Assembly (NCBI GenBank): GCA_002189035.1
Contig: NEEC01000381.1
Coordinates: 1-24,626, forward strand
Origin: Utricularia gibba
Taxonomy: Eukaryota; Plantae; Magnoliophyta
DNA length: 24,626 bases
Direction: 5' to 3'
Below are positions 11,118 to 21,800 of this stretch, piece after piece; position 1 is the first letter of the stretch, and each line of letters begins with the position of its first letter. Below the pieces are notes generated by a model. That model made no database searches. It saw only the letters and a program-made list of their open reading frames with translations, and had not been told where the DNA came from. A program made the position numbers and the translations under genes.

Positions 11118-14100
11118 CTAGAACGGGACAAAGGTCAGGTTTGGCTTGCGCCGAGAGTTAGTTGTAGCTCGGCAAATAAAGTGATGTATTTATTAACGTT
11201 CAGTTTTGGGGGCTGCCTACATGGTTTTTCAAGGAACAGCTTCTCGTTTTGTGGCGGCCAGTCTCGCTGGGAACTTGGTCCTTGACCCCGATTCTGTATG
11301 GCTCATGAGGTCAACCGGATGCAAATCGATTAAAAAAATGATGCCTTTGTTTAAATTACGATATCACGTGCACCCCACATGATTTTTTCAACAACTTACT
11401 TTATACTTGAGGAGGCGGTCTTGGGGTGCACCTAGAACGGGACAAAGGTCAGGTTTGGCTTGCGCCGAGAGTTAGTTGTAGCTCGGCAAATAAAGTGATG
11501 TATTTATTAACGTTCAGTTTTCGGGGGCTGCCTACATGGTTTTTCAAGGAACAGCTTCTCGTTTTGTGGCGGCCAGTCTCGCTGGGAACTTGGTCCTTGA
11601 CCCCGATTATGTATTGCTCATGAGGTCAACCGGATGCAAATCGATTAAAAAAATGATGCCTTTGTTTAAATTACGATATCACGTGCACCCCACATGATTT
11701 TTTCAACAACTTACTTTATACTTGAGGAGGCGGTCTTGGGTGCACCTGAACGGGACAAAGGTCAGGTTTGGCTTGCGCCGAGAGTTAGTTGTAGCTCGGC
11801 AAATAAAGTGATGTATTTATTAACGTTCAGTTTTCGGGGGCTGCCTACATGGTTTTTCAAGGAACAGCTTCTCTTTTGTGGCGGCCAGTCTCGCTGGGAA
11901 CTTGGTCCTTGACCCCGATTATGTATTGCTCATGAGGTCAACCGGATGCAAATCGATTAAAAAAAAATGATGCCTTTGTTTAAATTACGATATCACGTGC
12001 ACCCCACATGATTTTTTCAACAACTTACTTTATACTTGAGGAGGCGGTCTTGGGGTGCACCTAGAACGGGACAAAGGTCAGGTTTGGCTTGCGCCGAGAG
12101 TTAGTTGTAGCTCGGCAAATAAAGTGATGTATTTATTAACGTTCAGTTTTCGGGGGCTGCCTACATGGTTTTTCAAGGAACAGCTTCTCGTTTTGTGGCG
12201 GCCAGTCTCGCTGGGAACTTGGTCCTTGACCCCGATTATGTATTGCTCATGAGGTCAACCGGATGCAAATCGATTAAAAAAAATGATGCCTTTGTTTAAA
12301 TTACGATATCACGTGCACCCACATGATTTTTTCAACAACTTACTTTATACTTGAGGAGGCGGTCTTGGGGTGCAAGAGAACCGGACAAAGGTCAGTTTGG
12401 CTTGCGCCGAGAGTTAGTTGTAGCGGCAAATAAAGTGATGTATTTATTAACGTTCAGTTTTCGGGGGCTGCCTACATGGTTTTTCAAGGAACAGCTTCTC
12501 GTTTTGTGGCGGCCAGTCTCGCTGGGAACTTGGTCCTTGACCCCGATTATGTATGGCTCATGAGGTCAACCGGATGAAATCGATTAAAGAAAATGATGCC
12601 TTTGTTTAAATTACGATATCACGTGCACCCCACATGATTTTTTCAACAACTTACTTTATACTTGAGGAGGCGGTCTTGGGGTGCACCTAGAACGGGACAA
12701 AGGTCAGGTTTTGGCTTGCGCCGAGAGTTAGTTGTAGCTCGGCAAATAAAGTGATGTATTTATTAACGTTCAGTTTTCGGGGCTGCCTACATGGTTTTTC
12801 AAGGAACAGCTTCTCGTTTTGTGGCGGCCAGTCTCGCTGGAACTTGGTCCTTGACCCCGATTCTGTATGCTCATGAGGTCAACCGGATGCAAATCGATTA
12901 AAAAAATGATGCCTTTGTTTAAATTACGATATCACGTGCACCCCACATGATTTTTTCAACAACTTACTTTATACTTGAGGAGGCGGTCTTGGGGTGCACT
13001 AGAACGGGACAAAGGTCAGGTTTGGCTTGCGCCGAGAGTTAGTTGTAGCTCGGCAAATAAAGTGATGTATTTATTAACGTTCAGTTTTCGGGGGCTGCCT
13101 ACATGGTTTTTCAAGGAACAGCTTCTCGTTTTGTGGCGGCCAGTCTCGCTGGGAACTTGGTCCTTGACCCCGATTATGTATGGCTCATGAGGTCAACCGG
13201 ATGGAAATCGATTAAAAAAATGATGCCTTTGTTTAAATTACGATATCACGTGCACCCCACATGATTTTTTCAACAACTTACTTTATACTTGAGGAGGCGG
13301 TCTTGGGGTGCACCTAGAACGGGACAAAGGTCAGGTTTGGCTTGCGCCGAGAGTTAGTTGTAGCTCGGAAAATAAAGTGATGTATTTATTAACGTTCAGT
13401 TTTCGGGGCTGCCTACATGGTTTTTCAAGGAACAGCTTCTCGTTTTGTGGCGGCCAGTCTCGCTGGGAACTTGGTCCTTGACCCCGATTGTATGCTCATG
13501 AGGTCAACCGGATGAAATCGATTAAAGAAAATGATGCCTTTGTTAAATTACGATATCACGTGCACCCCACATGATTTTTTCAACAACTTACTTTATACTT
13601 GAGGAGGCGGTCTTGGGGTGCACCTAGAACGGGACAAAGGTCAGGTTTGGCTTGCGCCGAGAGTTAGTTGTAGCTCGGCAAATAAAGTGATGTATTTATT
13701 AACGTTCAGTTTTCGGGGCTGCCTACATGGTTTTTCAAGGAACAGCTTCTCGTTTTGGCGGCCAGTCTCGCTGGGAACTTGGTCCTTGACCCCGATTCTG
13801 TATGGCTCATGAGGTCAACCGGATGCAAATCGATTAAAAAAATGATGCCTTTGTTTAAATTACGATATCACGTGCACCCCACATGATTTTTTCAACAACT
13901 TACTTTATACTTGAGGAGGCGGTCTTGGGTGCACCTAGAACGGGACAAAGGTCAGGTTTGGCTTGCGCCGAGAGTTAGTTGTAGCTCGGAAAATAAAGTG
14001 ATGTATTTATTAACGTTCAGTTTTCGGGGCTGCCTACATGGTTTTTCAAGGAACAGCTTCTCGTTTTGTGGCGGCCAGTCTCGCTGGGAACTTGGTCCTT

Positions 14101-15541
14101 GACCCCGATTATGTATTGCTCATGAGGTCAACCGGATGCAAATCGATTAAAAAATGATGCCTTTGTTTAAATTACGATATCACGTGCACCCCACATGATT
14201 TTTTCAACAACTTACTTTATACTTGAGGAGGCGGTCTTGGGGTGCACCTAGAACGGACAAAGGTCAGGTTTGGCTTGCGCCGAGAGTTAGTTGTAGCTCG
14301 GAAAATAAAGTGATGTATTTATTAACGTTCAGTTTTCGGGGGCTGCCTACATGGTTTTTCAAGGAACAGCTTCTCGTTTTGTGGCGGCCAGTCTCGCTGG
14401 GAACTTGGTCCTTGACCCCGATTATGTATTGCTCATGAGGTCAACCGGATGCAAATTGATTAAAAAAAATGATGCCTTTCTTTAAATTACGATATCACGT
14501 GCACCCCACATGATTTTTTCAACAACTTACTTTATACTTGTGGAGGCGGTCTTGGGTGCACCTAGAACGGGACAAAGGTCAGGTTTGGCTTGCGCCGAGA
14601 GTTAGTTGTAGCTCGGCAAATAAAGTGATGTATTTATTAACGTTCAGTTTTCGGGGGCTGCCTACATGGTTTTTCAAGGAACAGCTTCTCGTTTTGTGGC
14701 GGCCAGTCTCGCTGGGAACTTGGTCCTTGACCCCGATTATGTATGGCTCATGAGGTCAACCGGATGCAAATCGATTAAAGAAAATGATGCCTTTGTTTAA
14801 ATTACGATATCACGTGCACCCCACATGATTTTTTCAACAACTTACTTTATACTTGAGGAGGCGGTCTTGGGGTGCACCTAGAACGGGACAAAGGTCAGGT
14901 TTGGCTTGCGCCGAGAGTTAGTTGTAGCTCGGCAAATAAAGTGATGTATTTATTAACGTTCAGTTTTCGGGGGCTGCCTACATGGTTTTTCAAGGAACAG
15001 CTTCTCGTTTTGTGGCGGCCAGTCTCGCTGGGAACTTGGTCCTTGACCCCGATTCTGTATGGCTCATGAGGTCAACCGGATGCAAATCGATTAAAAAAAT
15101 GATGCCTTTGTTTAAATTACGATATCACGTGCACCCCACATGATTTTTTCAACAACTACTTTATACTTGAGGAGGCGGTCTTGGGGTGCACCTAGAACGG
15201 GACAAAGGTCAGGTTTGGCTTGCGCCGAGAGTTAGTTGTAGCTCGGAAATAAAGTGATGTATTTATTAACGTTCAGTTTTCGGGGGCTGCCTACATGGTT
15301 TTTCAAGGAACAGCTTCTCGTTTTGTGGCGGCCAGTCTCGCTGGGAACTTGGTCCTTGACCCCGATTCTGTATGGCTCATGAGGTCAACCGGATGGAAAT
15401 CGATTAAAGAAAATGATGCCTTTCTTTAAATTACGATATCACGTGCACCCCACATGATTTTTTCAACAACTTACTTTATACTTGAGGAGGCGGTCTTGGG
15501 GTGCACCTAGAACGGGACAAAGGTCAGGTTTGGCTTGCGCC

Positions 15542-15803
15542 GAGAGTTAGTTGTAGCTCGGAAAATAAAGTGATGTATTTATTAACGTTCAGTTTTCGGG
15601 GGCTGCCTACATGGTTTTTCAAGGAACAGCTTCTCGTTTGTGGCGGCCAGTCTCGCTGGGAACTTGGTCCTTGACCCCGATTATGTATTGCTCATGAGGT
15701 CAACCGGATGCAAATTGATTAAAAAAAATGATGCAACAACTTACTTTATACTTGAGGAGGCGGTCTTGGGCACAGGAACGGGACAAAGGTTTTGGCTTGC
15801 GCC
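15542..15803 (+). repeat. Truncated monomer (~262 nt) carrying a 45-nt internal deletion
   Basis: Reads ...AAAATGATGC|AACAACTTAC... at 15734/15735, where the consensus has 45 more bases (CTTTGTTTAAATTACGATATCACGTGCACCCCACATGATTTTTTC). Confidence 0.85.
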
Positions 15804-18800
15804 GAGAGTTAGTTGTAGCCGGCAAATAAAGTGATGTATTTATTAACGTTCAGTTTTCGGGGGCTGCCTACATGGTTTTTCAAGGAACAGCTTCTCGTTT
15901 TGTGGCGGCCAGTCTCGCTGGGAACTTGGTCCTTGACCCCGATTATGTATGGCTCATGAGGTCAACCGGATGCAAATCGATTAAAAAAAATGATGCCTTT
16001 TTTAAATTACGATATCACGTGCACCCCACATGATTTTTCAACAACTTACTTTATACTTGGGAGGCGGTCTTGGGGTGCACCTAGAACGGGACAAAGGTCA
16101 GGTTTGGCTTGCGCCGAGAGTTAGTTGTAGCGGCAAAATAAAGTGATGTATTTATTAACGTTCAGTTTTCGGGGGCTGCCTACATGGTTTTTCAAGGAAC
16201 AGCTTCTCGTTTTGTGGCGGCCAGTCTCGCTGGGAACTTGGTCCTTGACCCCCGATTATGTATTGCTCATGAGGTCAACCGGATGCAAATGATTAAAAAA
16301 ATGATGCCTTTGTTTAAATTACGATATCACGTGCACCCCACATGATTTTTTCAACAACTTACTTTATACTTGTGGAGGCGGTCTTGGGTGCACCTGGAAC
16401 GGGACAAAGGTCAGGTTTGGCTTGCGCCGAGAGTTAGTTGTAACACGGCAAATAAAGTGATGTATTTATTAACGTTCAGTTTTCGGGGGCTGCCTACATG
16501 GTTTTTCAAGGAACAGCTTCTCTTTTTGTGGCGGCCAGTCTCGCTGGGAACTTGGTCCTTGACCCCGATTATGTATGCTCATGAGGTCAACCGGATGCAA
16601 ATCGATTAAAAAAAATGATGCCTTTGTTTAAATTACGATATCACGTGCACCCCACATGATTTTTTCAACAACTTACTTTATACTTGAGGAGGCGGTCTTG
16701 GGTGCACCTGAACGGGACAAAGGTCAGGTTTGGCTTGCGCCGAGAGTTAGTTGTAGGCAAATAAAGTGATGTATTTATTAACGTTCAGTTTTCGGGGCTG
16801 CCTACATGGTTTTTCAAGAACAGCTTCTCGTTTTGTGGCGGCCAGTCTCGCTGGAACTTGGTCCTTGACCCCGATTATGTATGCTCATGAGGTCAACCGG
16901 ATGCAAATCGATTAAAAAAAATGATGCCTTTGTTTAAATTACGATATCACGTGCACCCCACATGATTTTTTCAACAACTTACTTTATACTTGAGGAGGCG
17001 GTCTTGGGGTGCACCTGAACGGGACAAAGGTCAGGTTTGGCTTGCGCCGAGAGTTAGTTGTAGCCGGCAAATAAAGTGATGTATTTATTAACGTTCAGTT
17101 TTCGGGGGCTGCCTACATGGTTTTTCAAGGAACAGCTTCTCGTTTTGTGGCGGCCAGTCTCGCTGGGAACTTGGTCCTTGACCCCGATTATGTATGCTCA
17201 TGAGGTCAACCGGATGCAAATCGATTAAAAAAAATGATGCCTTTGTTTAAATTACGATATCACGTGCACCCCACATGATTTTTTCAACAACTTACTTTAT
17301 ACTTGAGGAGGCGGTCTTGGGGTGCACCTAGAACGGGACAAAGGTCAGGTTTGGCTTGCGCCGAGAGTTAGTTGTAGCCGGCAAATAAAGTGTGTATTTA
17401 TTAACGTTCAGTTTTCGGGGGCTGCCTACATGGTTTTTCAAGGAACAGCTTCTCGTTTTGTGGCGGCCAGTCTCGCTGGGAACTTGGTCCTTGACCCCGA
17501 TTATGTATGGCTCATGAGGTCAACCGGATGCAAATCGATTAAAAAAATGATGCCTTTGTTTAAATTACGATATCACGTGCACCCCACATGATTTTTTCAA
17601 CAACTTACTTTATACTGAGGAGGCGGTCTTGGGGTGCACCTAGAACGGGACAAAGGTCAGGTTGGCTTGCGCCGAGAGTTAGTTGTAGCTCGGCAAATAA
17701 AGTGATGTATTTATTAACGTTCAGTTTTCGGGGGCTGCCTACATGGTTTTTCAAGGAACAGCTTCTCGTTTTGTGGCGGCCAGTCTCGCTGGGAACTTGG
17801 TCCTTGACCCCGATTATGTATGGCTCATGAGGTCAACCGGATGCAAATCGATTAAAAAAATGATGCCTTTGTTTAAATTACGATATCACGTGCACCCCAC
17901 ATGATTTTTTCAACAACTTACTTTATACTTGAGGAGGCGGTCTTGGGGTGCACCTAGAACGGGACAAAGGTCAGGTTTGGCTTGCGCGAGAGTTAGTTGT
18001 AGCTCGGCAAATAAAGTGATGTATTTATTAACGTTCAGTTTTCGGGGGCTGCCTACATGGTTTTTCAAGGAACAGCTTCTCGTTTTGTGGCGGCCAGTCT
18101 CGCTGGGAACTTGGTCCTTGACCCCGATTATGTATGGCTCATGAGGTCAACCGGATGCAAATCGATTAAAAAAATGATGCCTTTTTTAAATTACGATATC
18201 ACGTGCACCCACATGATTTTTTCAACAACTTACTTTATACTTGAGGAGGCGGTCTTGGGTGCACCTAGAACGGGACAAAGGTCAGGTTTGGCTTGCGCCG
18301 AGAGTTAGTTGTAGCTCGGCAAATAAAGTGATGTATTTATTAACGTTCAGTTTTCGGGGGCTGCCTACATGGTTTTTCAAGGAACAGCTTCTCGTTTTGT
18401 GGCGGCCAGTCTCGCTGGGAACTTGGTCCTTGACCCGATTATGTATGCTCATGAGGTCAACCGGATGCAAATCGATTAAAAAAATGATGCCTTTGTTTAA
18501 ATTACGATATCACGTGCACCCCACATATTTTTTCAACAACTTACTTTATACTTGAGGAGGCGGTCTTGGGGTGCACCTAGAACGGGACAAGGTCAGGTTT
18601 GGCTTGCGCGAGAGTTAGTTGTAGCTCGGCAAATAAAGTGATGTATTTATTAACGTTCAGTTTTCGGGGGCTGCCTACATGGTTTTTCAAGGAACAGCTT
18701 CTCGTTTTGTGGCGGCCAGTCTCGCTGGGAACTTGGTCCTTGACCCCGATTATGTATTGCTCATGAGGTCAACCGGATGCAAATCGATTAAAAAAAAATG

Positions 18801-21800
18801 ATGCCTTTGTTTAAATTACGATATCACGTGCACCCCACATGATTTTTTCAACAACTTGCTTTATACTTGTGGAGGCGGTCTTGGGTGCACCTGGAACGGG
18901 ACAAAGGTCAGGTTTGGCTTGCGCCGAGAGTTAGTTGTAGCACGGCAAATAAAGTGATGTATTTATTAACGTTCAGTTTTCGGGGGCTGCCTACATGGTT
19001 TTTCAAGGAACAGCTTCTCGTTTTGTGGCGGCCAGTCTCGCTGGGAACTTGGTCCTTGACCCCGATTATGTATGCTCATGAGGTCAACCGGATGCAAATC
19101 GATTAAAAAAAATGATGCCTTTGTTTAAATTACGATATCACGTGCACCCCACATGATTTTTTCAACAACTTACTTTATACTTGAGGAGGCGGTCTTGGGG
19201 CACCTAGAACGGGACAAAGGTCAGGTTTGGCTTGGCCGAGAGTTAGTTGTAGCCGGCAAATAAAGTGATGTATTTATTAACGTTCAGTTTTGGGGGCTGC
19301 CTACATGGTTTTTCAAGGAACAGCTTCTCGTTTTGTGGCGGCCAGTCTCGCTGGGAACTTGGTCCTTGACCCCGATTATGTATGGCTCATGAGGTCAACC
19401 GGATGCAAATCGATTAAAAAAATGATGCCTTTGTTTAAATTACGATATCACGTGCACCCCACATGATTTTTTCAACAACTTACTTTATACTTGAGGAGGC
19501 GGTCTTGGGGTGCACCTAGAACGGGACAAAGGTCAGGTTTGGCTTGCGCCGAGAGTTAGTTGTAGCTCGGCAAATAAAGTGATGTATTTATTAACGTTCA
19601 GTTTTCGGGGGCTGCCTACATGGTTTTTCAAGGAACAGCTTCTCGTTTTGTGGCGGCCAGTCTCGCTGGGAACTTGGTCCTTGACCCCGATTATGTATGG
19701 CTCATGAGGTCAACCGGATGCAAATCGATTAAAAAAATGATGCCTTTGTTTAAATTACGATATCACGCACCCCACATGATTTTTCAACAACTTACTTTAT
19801 ACTTGAGGAGGCGGTCTTGGGGGCACCTAGAACGGACAAAGGTCAGGTTTGGCTTGCGCCGAGAGTTAGTTGTAGCTCGGCAAATAAAGTGATGTATTTA
19901 TTAACGTTCAGTTTTCGGGGCTGCCTACATGGTTTTTCAAGGAACAGCTTCTCGTTTTGTGGCGGCCAGTCTCGCTGGGAACTTGGTCCTTGACCCCGAT
20001 TATGTATTGCTCATGAGGTCAACCGGATGCAAATCGATTAAAAAAAATGATGCCTTTGTTTAAATTACGATATCACGTGCACCCCACATGATTTTTTCAA
20101 CAACTTACTTTATACTTGAGGAGGCGGTCTTGGGTGCACCTAGAACGGGACAAAGGTCAGGTTTGGCTTGCGCCGAGAGTTAGTTGTAGCTCGGAAAATA
20201 AAGTGATGTATTTATTAACGTTCAGTTTTCGGGGGCTGCCTACATGGTTTTTCAAGGAACAGCTTCTCGTTTTGTGGCGGCCAGTCTCGCTGGGAACTTG
20301 GTCCTTGACCCCGATTATGTATGGCTCATGAGGTCAACCGGATGCAAATCGATTAAAAAAATGATGCCTTTGTTTAAATTACGATATCACGTGCACCCAC
20401 ATGATTTTTTCAACAACTTACTTTATACTTGAGGAGGCGGTCTTGGGGTGCACCTAGAACGGGACAAAGGTCAGGTTTGGCTTGCGCCGAGAGTTAGTTG
20501 TAGCTCGGCAAATAAAGTGATGTATTTATTAACGTTCAGTTTTCGGGGCTGCCTACATGGTTTTTCAAGGAACAGCTTCTCGTTTTGTGGCGGCCAGTCT
20601 CGCTGGGAACTTGGTCCTTGACCCCGATTATGTATGGCTCATGAGGTCAACCGGATGCAAATCGATTAAAAAAATGATGCCTTTGTTTAAATTACGATAT
20701 CACGTGCACCCCACATGATTTTTTCAACAACTTACTTTATACTTGAGGAGGCGGTCTTGGGTGCACCTAGAACGGGACAAAGGTCAGGTTTGGCTTGCGC
20801 CGAGAGTTAGTTGTAGCTCGGCAAATAAAGTGATGTATTTATTAACGTTCAGTTTTCGGGGCTGCCTACATGGTTTTTCAAGGAACAGCTTCTCGTTTTG
20901 TGGCGGCCAGTCTCGCTGGGAACTTGGTCCTTGACCCCGATTATGTATTGCTCATGAGGTCAACCGGATGCAAATCGATTAAAAAAATGATGCCTTTGTT
21001 TAAATTACGATATCACGTGCACCCCACATGATTTTTTCAACAACTTACTTTATACTTGAGGAGGCGGTCTTGGGTGCACCTAACGGGACAAAGGTCAGGT
21101 TTGGCTTGCGCCGAGAGTTAGTTGTAGCTCGGCAAATAAAGTGATGTATTTATTAACGTTCAGTTTTCGGGGGCTGCCTACATGGTTTTTCAAGGAACAG
21201 CTTCTCGTTTTGTGGCGGCCAGTCTCGCTGGGAACTTGGTCCTTGACCCCGATTATGTATGCTCATGAGGTCAACCGGATGCAAATCGATTAAAAAAATG
21301 ATGCCTTTGTTTAAATTACGATATCACGTGCACCCACATGATTTTTTCAACAACTTACTTTATACTTGAGGAGGCGGTCTTGGGGTGCACCTGGAACGGG
21401 ACAAAGGTCAGGTTTGGCTTGCGCCGAGAGTTAGTTGTAGCTCGGCAAATAAAGTGATGTATTTATTAACGTTCAGTTTTCGGGGGCTGCCTACATGGTT
21501 TTTCAAGGAACAGCTTCTCGTTTTGTGGCGGCCAGTCTCGCTGGGAACTTGGTCCTTGACCCCGATTCTGTATGGCTCATGAGGTCAACCGGATGCAAAT
21601 CGATTAAAAAAATGATGCCTTTGTTTAAATTACGATATCACGTGCACCCACATGATTTTTTCAACAACTTACTTTATACTTGAGGAGGCGGTCTTGGGGT
21701 GCACCTAGAACGGGACAAAGGTCAGGTTTGGCTTGCGCCGAGAGTTAGTTGTAGCTCGGCAAATAAAGTGATGTATTTATTAACGTTCAGTTTTCGGGGG

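Larger units (their letters stand above)
10837..11152 (+). repeat. Representative monomer matching the consensus (316 nt here because the A-run is A8 rather than A7)
   Basis: Read base by base against the consensus; the only difference is the A-tract length at 11017-11024. Used as the coordinate reference for motifs below. Confidence 0.93.

Noticed and set aside
11050-11120. Kinetoplast minicircle conserved blocks (TCACGTGC, then GGGGT about 51 nt downstream)
   Set aside because: The universal 12-mer GGGGTTGGTGTA matches only 7/12 (GGGGTGCACCTA) and there is no CSB-1-like block upstream.
11112-11128. CENP-B-box-like end (...AACGGGA)
   Set aside because: Only 6 of the 9 essential positions of NTTCGNNNNANNCGGGN match; the TTCG half is missing.
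10837-11152. tRNA, snRNA or spliced-leader RNA gene repeat
   Set aside because: I found no cloverleaf or A/B boxes. The minus-strand AACTAAC matches only the first 7 nt of the trypanosomatid spliced leader, with no downstream similarity.
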